Part shown: one piece after another, positions 39,622-48,583 of the stretch
How the letters are laid out: each line of letters opens with the position of its first letter
How positions within the stretch are numbered: position 1 is the stretch's first letter
Virus record (IMG/VR): IMGVR_UViG_3300037458_001730
Span: 32,056 to 96,055 of that record
Length of the DNA: 64,000 bases
Direction: 5' to 3' (one strand)
Source of the DNA: a virus
The notes under the pieces: generated by a model
Seen by the model: only the letters and a program-made list of their open reading frames with translations
What the model was told of the DNA's origin: nothing
Databases searched by the model: none
Position numbers and translations under genes: made by a program

Positions 39622-41106
39622 ATGTATATGAAAAAACTACAATGTAAAATAACAAAAAAACAATTCGGCGATATTGATAATAGAAGTGGTATAATTACTG
39701 ATCATCTTAAAAAATTAAACATAAATATTCCTTCTTCATTTTTAAGGAGACAATTTTTAAAAAAAGAAGGTAAATCATGGCACTCTCAATATTTTGATAT
39801 TATCGAGGTTGGTGATAAGGAAATATTTTGTTGTAAATATTGTAGCTGGAAAACTTATGATTTAGAAAATAAAAGCGGATGCTATACAACTCATTTACTA
39901 GAAGAACATGGTAAAAATATAGAAATTTATATTGAAGAATTTCCTGAAGAAAAAACAAAGTTTAAAACTTATTTTAATAAAAAACAAAATTTAGAAAAAA
40001 CTCAAAAAGATGGAAATTATGTTGTTTGCAAGATTTGCAACTTTAAAGTTAGATATTTAACAAATACACATCTAGCTAAACATAATATAAGCCCAGAAGA
40101 ATATAAAATTAAATTTGGAATTAACGAATATGCCAGCAAAAACTTTATAAATACAACTAGAAATATTTTAGTTGAGGCTTCTAAAAATATAACACACTCT
40201 TTTGTATCTAAACCAGAAAAAGATTTGAAAGAATACATTACAAATGATCTAGGTATAAATATTATACATAATGATAAAAAATTTTTAAAAGGTGTTGAAA
40301 TTGATATATTAATTCCAGATTTAAAAATTGCTATCGAATTTAATGGGAACCTATATCATTGTGAGAATTATGGTGGTAAAGATAAATATTTTCATTTAGG
40401 TAAAACAGAAAAATGTAGCGAAATTGGGTATAAATTAATACATATATTTGAAGATGAATGGTTTTTAAAAAACGACATAGTTAAATCTAAAATTCGTCAT
40501 TTGTTTGGATTAAACACATTTAAAAAAAGAATTCATGCTAGAAAATGTGAAATAAAATTAATTTCTCCCTCTGAAAAGAATGTTTTTTTAAATAAACATC
40601 ATATTCAAGGCGAAGATAAAAGTTTAATTCATTTAGGGGCATTTTTTGATGAAAAATTAATGGCAGTTACAACCTTTGATAATAAAAGAAAGATGTCAAA
40701 TCACAACAATAAAAAAGATATATATGAACTAAAAAGATTCGTGGTAGATAATGATTATAACATACCTGGAATATTTAGTAAAATTTTAAAAAAATTTATT
40801 GATTTATATGCTCCAGGTGAGATTATAAGTTTTGCTGATAAAAGGTGGACCATTAATAATGAAAACCTATATAGTAAGTCTGGGTTTAAGCTTATAGATA
40901 CTTTAAAACCAGACTATACATATTACAATTCAAAAGTTTCAAGATATAAGAGGTTTCACAAATTTTCTTTTGGAAAAAAAACTCTTAAAAAGAAGTTTCC
41001 AGATCTATATTCTGATGATAAAACTGAGTGGCAAATTATGCAGGAGGCTGGTTATGATAGAATTTGGGATTGTGGAAAGTTGAAATATTCAATGCTTCTA
41101 AGTTAA
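39622..41106 (+). mobile_element. Free-standing homing-endonuclease-like gene (C2H2 zinc fingers, Vsr/PD-(D/E)XK-like domain, C-terminal RIWDCG domain)
   Basis: CKYC..H....H and CKIC..H...H fingers; EIDILIPDLKIAIEFNGNLYH; HIFEDEW; HHIQG; YELKRF; RIWDCG. Inserted after the gp23 terminator. Confidence 0.75.
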
Positions 41107-41133
41107 TTTTTTATCTTTCAACTTTTGTTATAG

Positions 41134-41274
41134 CTAAAATCTGTGTATTACATTAAGAAAAAATACAAAGAAATATACCCATATGATTGAAATCACACAA
41201 ACAATTGCTATAACAAATAAAGCTATATTGTTTAAAATTAGCTCTTTTAAGTAATTTGTTATTTTCTTCCACAT
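41134..41274 (-). CDS. 46-aa single-TM membrane protein
   Basis: Not in the track. MWKKITNYLKELILNNIALFVIAIVCVISIIWVYFFVFFLNVIHRF. Confidence 0.5.
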   Translation of the reverse strand: MWKKITNYLKELILNNIALFVIAIVCVISIIWVYFFVFFLNVIHRF

Positions 41275-41280
41275 TTTATT

Positions 41281-41460
41281 TTACCTGTATTCTGAAAGCA
41301 TAATAGCCGCTACGAATAACGATGCTATTACGGCAATAACCATAGAAGGTCCAAGCAAAAATAATTTTATAATTAAATAAAGAATTAAACCGCAAATTAA
41401 AACAGCGATCATAAAAATGCAAAAATAATATGCGATGCTTAAAAAATCTCTTAATTTCAT
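41281..41460 (-). CDS. 59-aa two-TM membrane protein
   Basis: Not in the track. MKLRDFLSIAYYFCIFMIAVLICGLILYLIIKLFLLGPSMVIAVIASLFVAAIMLSEYR; ATGA overlap with the HD gene stop. Confidence 0.6.
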   Translation of the reverse strand: MKLRDFLSIAYYFCIFMIAVLICGLILYLIIKLFLLGPSMVIAVIASLFVAAIMLSEYR

Positions 41461-41984
41461 ATTAAACTTATCAACTCTTCATGTCTGTTTAAATACTTTA
41501 TTTTAGCCTCTTTTGGGCTCCAAAATTCAAAGTGTGGATCTCTTTCACCTTCTCCACCATAAAATGCTTTATATTCGAGTTTAAGCATCTCATTATCCAC
41601 CCAGTGAATATCGTCAGTAAATGGATATTCTAATCCTAACCATGGAAATATTATAGATTGTAAACGCTCTTCTATTTCTACGTATTGAGGTAAGTTTTTT
41701 TTGATGGGTCTTGGCATGTCAACCAATAAACCCTCAGAATCATCGTGGTGTAAGAATTTAAGTTGTTGAATTGGTGTACCAGGGAAATAAGAACACAAAA
41801 CAGCATGTTGAGCTACAGAATAAAACTCTGGCGAATGCCCACCATATCTACACAAATTTGATAAGGCGTGAGCAATATCTATTAATCTAAGATCCTCTGG
41901 TTTTGGATTTAAAACATCAAAAACCACCAAAGAATGAGTTAATAGACCATTTGGCGAAATCTTTTGTACATCTTCTAATTTCAT
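41457..41984 (-). CDS. HD-domain phosphohydrolase (YfbR/YfdR-like deoxynucleotidase)
   Basis: IAHALSNLCRYGGH, YSVAQH, LHHDDSE, DMPRPIK; TTTG-N20-TATTTTTA promoter at 42003-42034 (-). Confidence 0.85.
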   Translation of the reverse strand: MKLEDVQKISPNGLLTHSLVVFDVLNPKPEDLRLIDIAHALSNLCRYGGHSPEFYSVAQHAVLCSYFPGTPIQQLKFLHHDDSEGLLVDMPRPIKKNLPQYVEIEERLQSIIFPWLGLEYPFTDDIHWVDNEMLKLEYKAFYGGEGERDPHFEFWSPKEAKIKYLNRHEELISLI

Positions 41985-42068
41985 GGCATTTCGTATTAAA
42001 TATAAAAATACAACAAAAATTCAACATTTGCAAATTAGAGTTTTTCTAAATTATTTATAACAAATAAA

Positions 42069-42731
42069 ATGAACGTAAGAAGTATAATTAAGGAGACTAT
42101 TGAAAACTTGTTAGACAAGCAAGATTTGGCAGATAAATTTGATAAAGATATCAAGTATTTAAATGGTTTTAAGCTAATTAAGACAAGAAATGACGAAAAA
42201 ATGTCTTTGTGGGTTTTTGAATGTAAAGTTAAAAATTACATTTTGAGATTTTTTATAGAAAAAAACAAAATAAAAAACACTTGGGCTTCTAAAATTTTTA
42301 TTTATTGGAAAGAAATAAGTAAAAATTTAACAAACGCAAGAGGAAAAGAATATGAATTTTCTTTTGGTCCATTTGATTCTTATGAATCAATGGTTGATGA
42401 AATAAACAACAAACTTAAAAATAACCCAAATCTTTCATTAAAAAACTTTATAGACGACAATAGACTTCAATTTGATTTGGATCTTATTTATATGCTTAAA
42501 CTTTTGCAAAAAAATTCTTCTTTATTGTTTTCAGTTAACGACAAAATTTTTAATAAGATAAAAGGCATTTACGAAAAAATTAAAGAGTCAAATTCAGATG
42601 AAGATTTAAGAAAATTTATTGCCCAAAATGCTTACGATATACAAGATAAACAAAGAATGATTTTAGATTTACAAATCCTGTATAAGCTTGATTTTTTCAA
42701 TAAAAAAGAGAAGGTCGATTCAATTTTCTAA
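42069..42731 (+). CDS. Hypothetical protein
   Basis: TATTTATA at 42052-42059; MNVRSIIKETIE N-terminus. Confidence 0.7.
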   Translation: MNVRSIIKETIENLLDKQDLADKFDKDIKYLNGFKLIKTRNDEKMSLWVFECKVKNYILRFFIEKNKIKNTWASKIFIYWKEISKNLTNARGKEYEFSFGPFDSYESMVDEINNKLKNNPNLSLKNFIDDNRLQFDLDLIYMLKLLQKNSSLLFSVNDKIFNKIKGIYEKIKESNSDEDLRKFIAQNAYDIQDKQRMILDLQILYKLDFFNKKEKVDSIF

Positions 42732-42755
42732 CATATTTATAAATAAAAATAAGAA

Positions 42756-43052
42756 ATGGCTTTTAATAACGTAAATTACTCAATGATACCACTTACAAGT
42801 GGTACTTATACAGGAAATGATCTTGGAAATGGCATAACTGGAAGTTGTGTTTGTCAAATACAATGTTTAACAGCTGGATCTATAACAGTTTCAGCGCTTG
42901 GTGGTGGTATAGCTACTTTCACACTGACAGCTGGACAAACTATTGATGTTATGGTTGGTGCTTGTACTGTTGTTTCTGGAACCTATGTTGGCTTTAAACC
43001 AGCCTTTTCAAATAAAGGCATGGGAGCAATATCATGGGGTGGTAATCTTTAA
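42756..43052 (+). CDS. Small Gly/Thr-rich beta protein, probably a virion component
   Basis: TATTTATA at 42734-42741; beta-strand composition; precedes the neck genes. Confidence 0.65.
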   Translation: MAFNNVNYSMIPLTSGTYTGNDLGNGITGSCVCQIQCLTAGSITVSALGGGIATFTLTAGQTIDVMVGACTVVSGTYVGFKPAFSNKGMGAISWGGNL

Positions 43053-43065
43053 TAATTAAATAAAA

Positions 43066-44256
43066 ATGGGAATATTTTGTGCAGATGGGTGTTTAACTGG
43101 AATGACTCCTTATGAGCAGACTAAACTTAAAAATCGAATAAGAAGATTTTTAGGTGAACCTGTTTTACAAGTAGAACTTCATGATGAACAAATAGAGGAA
43201 AACATTTGCATTGCAATAGAGGAATATTCTTCTATGGTAAATAACTGGGTTTTATATAATAGACTCCCAGAAATGTTGGGCTTGCCTTCTGAAATAGATT
43301 TTACATTAAAATACATTTCAAACAGTCTCTATTTTGAAAAAGCTCAAACAACTACATATGGAGAACAAGTTGGTGGTGGTGTAAACTCGAACAGAGAACT
43401 TAAAAGAGACGCGATAGTATTAACTGCTGGCACACAAGATTATACAATACCAGCTGGAAGAGAAGTTAACGAAGTTCTTTGGTTTACTCCAAGTTTTGTA
43501 AATATAACTGGTTTAGATCCATTTAATACTGATGTTTTAGCTGTTACGGAATTTCAAGGAACATACCTTGGAAATTCTATGATAAGTGTTCTACCAGTTT
43601 TTAACACATTACTCACTGCACAAGCTGCTGAATTGAGAAATAGAGTAAGAGGAAATGAATATTCTTATGTTTTAAGAGGTGGTCCTAATGGAACAAAAGT
43701 TTTAAAATTATTTCCAGTTCCTTTTCCAAATAACGCAAACGCTGGAAGTGGTTTTGGTGTTGTTGGTACTCCTGGTACAATTTTTTATACATACTACGAC
43801 AGAGTATCACCATATGGAAACTCTGAATATAGTGGAAACAGCGCAAACCCTGGATATACTGGAGTTACAGATTATCAAGCTTCTTTAGGTTATCAAGGAA
43901 ATGGTTTAGTATCAACACCTGCGGATGCTCAATTACATTACATAAGTTACAATCAATTAAATTCAGTTGCACAAACTTGGGTAAAAAGATATGCTTTAGC
44001 CCTTTCAAAAGAATCTCTTGGAATTGGTATTAGAGGAAAATTTAATGGCACATTACCTATACCTGGCGCTGAACTTTCCATGAACAAAGATGATCTTATT
44101 CAAACAGGTAGAGAAGATCAAGCAAAATTGAAAGAAGAATTAACTAAACAATTAGAGGATTTGAGTTATGATAAACTCATGGAAAGAAGAGCTAGTATTC
44201 AGGAAAATATAAATAAAAATTTGGGTTATGGCCCATTGGGTATTTCAGTTTTTTAA
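43066..44256 (+). CDS. gp13: Neck protein (T4 gp13-like adaptor)
   Basis: RFLGEPVLQVEL, WVKRYALALSKE..G...GKF..LPIPG; position in the head-tail module. Confidence 0.8.
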   Translation: MGIFCADGCLTGMTPYEQTKLKNRIRRFLGEPVLQVELHDEQIEENICIAIEEYSSMVNNWVLYNRLPEMLGLPSEIDFTLKYISNSLYFEKAQTTTYGEQVGGGVNSNRELKRDAIVLTAGTQDYTIPAGREVNEVLWFTPSFVNITGLDPFNTDVLAVTEFQGTYLGNSMISVLPVFNTLLTAQAAELRNRVRGNEYSYVLRGGPNGTKVLKLFPVPFPNNANAGSGFGVVGTPGTIFYTYYDRVSPYGNSEYSGNSANPGYTGVTDYQASLGYQGNGLVSTPADAQLHYISYNQLNSVAQTWVKRYALALSKESLGIGIRGKFNGTLPIPGAELSMNKDDLIQTGREDQAKLKEELTKQLEDLSYDKLMERRASIQENINKNLGYGPLGISVF

Positions 44257-44267
44257 AATAATTTTTT

Positions 44268-44834
44268 ATGCCAGATTTAAATGAATTAAGTGATCGTCCC
44301 GAAAGAATGAACGAAGCCGAGGCTAAGCCCGAAGGTATTGGCATGTTCTTTACTGATAAAGAAGCTAATTTGTTTATGTCAAATGGTAGAGAAATTACAG
44401 AAAAAGTAGTGAGTGAATTTTTTTTATTATATAGAGTTGATATTCAAAAAACTCAAACTGATTTTTACGGGCAATCAAAAAAGAAAGTATATCTACCAGA
44501 AATTAAAATTTATGGTAGAATAAATGTGGAAGTTAAAGCTCCAGAAGTTATGTTCAAAGGTGGTATAGAAAAAAAAGGTATGGGAAATTTAACTGCTCAT
44601 GTTTATCTTTCACACCTGGAAGAACTTGGATTAATTGAAAAAAGAGAAAATACAAACATTATTGTTTCTGGAATTAAAATGGGTCATTTTATAGGATATA
44701 AAGGTCAATTCTATAAAATAATAAATGATGGATATTCACAAATATCAAATGAGTTTTCATGGGCTGGTGATAGAAGATTCTTTATAACCATAGAGGCAGT
44801 AGAGGTAGATGAAGATGTATTTAAAGGTCGTTAA
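44268..44834 (+). CDS. Neck/head-closure protein (gp14-like)
   Basis: Follows gp13; LLYRVD...TDFYGQ pattern; beta-barrel-like composition. Confidence 0.6.
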   Translation: MPDLNELSDRPERMNEAEAKPEGIGMFFTDKEANLFMSNGREITEKVVSEFFLLYRVDIQKTQTDFYGQSKKKVYLPEIKIYGRINVEVKAPEVMFKGGIEKKGMGNLTAHVYLSHLEELGLIEKRENTNIIVSGIKMGHFIGYKGQFYKIINDGYSQISNEFSWAGDRRFFITIEAVEVDEDVFKGR

Positions 44835-45165
44835 TTAAATTAATAATTATTTTATCAATTTTAATAAATTTTACTATAACTGTGTTTATAGTAAAAACCT
44901 ACTGTGTTTAACTGTGTTTAAATGATATTAATATACTACCAGATTAGGGAAAAACGTACAAAAACTCAACGCCCCCCTCCCCCACACATGTTAAAAAAAC
45001 ACATGGTTCTTTAAAAGAAAAACAACTAAAAAATTAGTTATTTGGAGAGGTAAAAGACTTTAAGTTTTTATCTGGATTTGGTTATACTACCATCTTCAGT
45101 GTAAAAACTCCCGTGGGTTGAAACCAACGCCCCCAGAAGAAAACAACTTCACGAGTTAAAAAGCT
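44835..45165 (-). other. Structured non-coding locus: candidate replication origin or ncRNA
   Basis: Longest ORF-free gap in the window, with a G5AG6 tract, internal direct repeats, hairpins and an AT-rich end; preceded by a host-type promoter. Confidence 0.5.
44869..44920. repeat. Three ACTGTGTTTA direct repeats; the first sits within an 11-bp inverted repeat
   Basis: Copies at 44879-44888, 44901-44910 and 44911-44920; TTTTACTATAA/TTATAGTAAAA at 44869-44879 and 44886-44896. Confidence 0.85.
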
Positions 45166-45169
45166 ATGT

Positions 45170-45201
45170 CAAATATAATAACAAACTTAGACATTTCCAA
45201 A
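45170..45201 (-). promoter_or_regulatory. Bacteroidota sigma70 promoter pointing into the non-coding locus
   Basis: On the - strand: TTTG-N20-TATATTTG, perfect consensus, with no downstream ORF. Confidence 0.7.
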
Positions 45202-45227
45202 CTTTTTTGAACTATTTATAAAAAAAC

Positions 45228-45947
45228 ATGGGAATACTTGATAATATTGGAAAAAACCTAGACGAAAACTTTGAGAATTACGCTTTTTTACCGCAGCGTA
45301 TTGGGTTTTTAGACATTGATAAAGGTATTTATGAATTTATTAAAGGTTTAAACTTATCAATTTCTGATGAAAATGGAATATTGAGATCAGTACCTGTAAT
45401 TTTTAATTCTCAAGAACTTTGGGCTGAAAGAAGAATGAACTGGAAAGCCATGAGAAATGAGAATGGAGAAGAGATAACAAGGCCATTTATGGTCATATCA
45501 AGAGTGGGTGCAGAACAAGGAACATCACCTCTAAAATTTACAATACCAAATAAAAAGAAATTCACCTTTGTCAAAGTTCCAAAAACAGATGGCACTTTGA
45601 AGGGTTATGATCTGTATAAAATACCACAACCAACTTATGTAGATATTAAATATGAATTGGTGTTTGTTACAACATATGTTGTAGATGCTAATGAGTATTA
45701 TGAAAAAATTTTCAGAGATGGTTTTTCCAATAACCAGGGGTATATGAATATAAATGGTTATTGGACATCTTCAAGGATTGATGCCCCTTCAGAGAGTAGG
45801 CAAGAAGAGATTTCTTCTGAAAAAGTTTATGAAATAACATTTCCGATTACTGTATTTGGAAAGTTGGTTGATCCTACTCAATTTGAGAGGGTTAACACCA
45901 TTAATAAAGTTCAAATTAAAATAACTGAGAAAAAAACAAATAGCTAA
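45228..45947 (+). CDS. Tail terminator/sheath stabiliser (gp15-like)
   Basis: VPVIF..QELW, RPFMVISR, IPQPTYVDIKYEL; lies between neck and sheath genes; TATTTATA at 45213-45220. Confidence 0.7.
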   Translation: MGILDNIGKNLDENFENYAFLPQRIGFLDIDKGIYEFIKGLNLSISDENGILRSVPVIFNSQELWAERRMNWKAMRNENGEEITRPFMVISRVGAEQGTSPLKFTIPNKKKFTFVKVPKTDGTLKGYDLYKIPQPTYVDIKYELVFVTTYVVDANEYYEKIFRDGFSNNQGYMNINGYWTSSRIDAPSESRQEEISSEKVYEITFPITVFGKLVDPTQFERVNTINKVQIKITEKKTNS

Positions 45948-46076
45948 TCAGATTTTGATATTTTTTTAATATTTATAATAAAAAGTTTTTGAGCGGTTAA
46001 CTATAGAAAAAATGATAGAAAACAGCAAAAAGTTTGTAAAAATAGTAACTAACAACAAAAAAAATAAACAATAAAT

Positions 46077-48461
46077 ATGGCAACAATTTTCGTTTCACCA
46101 GGGGTATATGACAAAGAACAAGACTTTTCAGTATTTGCCTCAAGGATTGGTATCACACGCTTAGGTCTTGTAGGTAAGACACCTAAAGGACCAGCATTTG
46201 AAGCCATCCGCGTATCAAGTGCTGAAGAATATAATTTAAGATTTGGCTCTACATCCCCAGATTATCCATTATCTTATGTGGCAAATTCGTTTTTAACTCA
46301 ATCAAATGAGTTGACAGTTACAAGAATTTTGGGTGGTGAAGGCTTTGTTAATTCACCAGCTTGGGTTTTGGTGGCAGACTCTGCTTCTACTCTTTCTGGT
46401 ATGACACTTGCAGTTATTAGAAGTAAAAGAAATCAAATTTCTGGAAGCTTTTATGCAAATTATGCTAACGATATAAAACTTGGAGGAACACCTTCAACAG
46501 TTTTATCTAATTTTATACTTTCTGGTACTGGAATATCTCCACTTACTGCTGTTACAAATAGTGGTTATACAGTTTCTCTTGATGAGACTGCAGATAGTTA
46601 TATTGTTAAAATTTTGGGTAAAGATCCAAAAGTTATCGCTGGTTCTGCAAATATTTATGTTGAATCTATTTATCCTCACTTAATAAGAGAAGCTAGAGCA
46701 AGAGGTGCAATGTCAAGTTTGAACTTGATTTATTTCTCTGGTGCAACAGCAACAGATTATCAAAGCAGTTACACAAACGCTGTGACTCCTTACATAGTTT
46801 CAAGAGTTGTTGGTGGACAAGTTAAAGATTTGTTTAGATTTCAAACCATTTCTGATGGTGATGCTTCTAATAGAGAAATAAAAATTTCTATTGCTAACTT
46901 AGATTTGGTTAACTACACATTTGATGTTATAGTTAGAAGATTTGATGATACAGATGCTACAGTGCAACAAACAGCTCTTGAAAGATGGAGTAATTGTTCT
47001 CTTGATCCAAAAAGCACAACCTATATCGGTAAAATAATTGGAACAACAGATGAGTCTTATCCAAAAAGATCTAAATTTATTACTGTTGATATTGCTGAAA
47101 ATGTTTCACCAACATCAATACCTGCTGGTTTTAGAGGATACAACCTTAGAGCTTATGGTGTAAGTGGTGCAACTACAGTAGTTCCTGCTGGTATTTATTA
47201 TAAAACTACATACCTTTCAGGAGATTCTAAGTTTAAAACTTATCTTGGTATATCTGAATTGGGTTATACAAGTTTGACTCAATCACAAGTTTCAACGTTT
47301 AATGCTGTTAAAACTCTTGAAGCAGATTTGTTTAGCTATCCAGGAGGTGTTACCTCTGGTATGACAACCATAAAAGGTTTTCACTTGGAAAATACTGCAG
47401 ATTCTTCTGAATTTATTTCTGGAGATAAGGCTACTTTAACAGCTTACACAAACACCGCTGGAACACTTCTTGACAAAACCTTGTTAAAGTTTACACTTGT
47501 TCCTTATGGTGGATTTGATGGTTGGGACAAATATGATCAATTCGAAAATCACTATGAGCAATTTACTGATACCTATACATCAAACGTTGCAGCATTTACA
47601 GCTGGTATTGATACCATGTCTTCTCCAGAAGAAGTAGATATCAATATTTTTGCAACTCCTGGTATTGACTTTGATAACAACGAAAGTTTGATCAGATATG
47701 GTCTTGACATGGTTGAGACAAGAACAGACGCTATTTACATCATAGATTCACCAAGAATCACTGTTGGTGATGAGAAAGGTACACCAGAAGAATTGGTAGC
47801 CACTCTTGAAACAACTGGTTTAGATAGCAGTTATGCTGCTACATACTGGCCATGGATCCAAATAGAAGATGTTAACACTAATGAATATACTTATCAAGCA
47901 CCAACTTTAATGGTTGTTAAAGCAATGGCTTACACAGATAATGTGGCAGCTCCATGGTTTGCGCCAGCTGGTCTTAATAGAGGTATCGCTGATAACTCAG
48001 TTATCAGAGCAGATATCAAATTGTCAAAAGATCAAAGAGATGTGCTGTATCAAGGAAGAGTAAATCCAATTGCAACATTTGTTCAACAAGGTGTTTCGAT
48101 TTGGGGTCAAAAAACTCTTCAAGTTAGACAATCTGCTCTTGACAGAATCAATATTAGAAGATTGCTTCTTCAGGTTAGAAGATTGATAGCTGCAGCATCA
48201 TTGACATTAGTGTTTGAACAAAATGATCAAACATTAAGAAATCAATTCCTTGCAAAAGTTGAGCCTATCCTTCTTCAAATTCAAAATCAAAGAGGTTTAA
48301 CAGCTTTCAAAGTTGTAATGGACGATAGCAACAATACTGCTGATACAATCGACAGAAACACTTTGGTTGGTAGAATACAATTGAAACCTACAAGAACTGC
48401 AGAATTTATAGATCTTACGTTTGAAGTTTTGCCAACTGGAGCTAATTTTTCAGATTTTTGA
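46077..48461 (+). CDS. gp18: Tail sheath protein (gp18-like)
   Basis: FVSPGVY..EQD, GKTPKGP, YAATYWPW, PWFAPAGLNRG, VNPIA, IWGQKTLQ, LDRINIRRL, FEQND. Confidence 0.96.
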   Translation: MATIFVSPGVYDKEQDFSVFASRIGITRLGLVGKTPKGPAFEAIRVSSAEEYNLRFGSTSPDYPLSYVANSFLTQSNELTVTRILGGEGFVNSPAWVLVADSASTLSGMTLAVIRSKRNQISGSFYANYANDIKLGGTPSTVLSNFILSGTGISPLTAVTNSGYTVSLDETADSYIVKILGKDPKVIAGSANIYVESIYPHLIREARARGAMSSLNLIYFSGATATDYQSSYTNAVTPYIVSRVVGGQVKDLFRFQTISDGDASNREIKISIANLDLVNYTFDVIVRRFDDTDATVQQTALERWSNCSLDPKSTTYIGKIIGTTDESYPKRSKFITVDIAENVSPTSIPAGFRGYNLRAYGVSGATTVVPAGIYYKTTYLSGDSKFKTYLGISELGYTSLTQSQVSTFNAVKTLEADLFSYPGGVTSGMTTIKGFHLENTADSSEFISGDKATLTAYTNTAGTLLDKTLLKFTLVPYGGFDGWDKYDQFENHYEQFTDTYTSNVAAFTAGIDTMSSPEEVDINIFATPGIDFDNNESLIRYGLDMVETRTDAIYIIDSPRITVGDEKGTPEELVATLETTGLDSSYAATYWPWIQIEDVNTNEYTYQAPTLMVVKAMAYTDNVAAPWFAPAGLNRGIADNSVIRADIKLSKDQRDVLYQGRVNPIATFVQQGVSIWGQKTLQVRQSALDRINIRRLLLQVRRLIAAASLTLVFEQNDQTLRNQFLAKVEPILLQIQNQRGLTAFKVVMDDSNNTADTIDRNTLVGRIQLKPTRTAEFIDLTFEVLPTGANFSDF

Positions 48462-48480
48462 TTTTAAAAAATAAATTATT

Positions 48481-48515
48481 AAAAAAGGGATACGAAAAAA
48501 GTATCCCTTTTTTTT
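48481..48515 (+). terminator. Intrinsic terminator after the sheath gene
   Basis: AAAAAAGGGATAC-gaaaaaa-GTATCCCTTTTTTTT. Confidence 0.88.
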
Positions 48516-48583
48516 ATGTCATTTTTTTGTTTTATATTTATATATAAATACAGCTACACTTGTAGCTTTTATTTGAATATATT

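Noticed and set aside
44879-45134. CRISPR array or tRNA in the intergenic gap
   Set aside because: The repeats are only about 10 bp and irregularly spaced; no cloverleaf or T-loop signature was seen here or elsewhere in the window.
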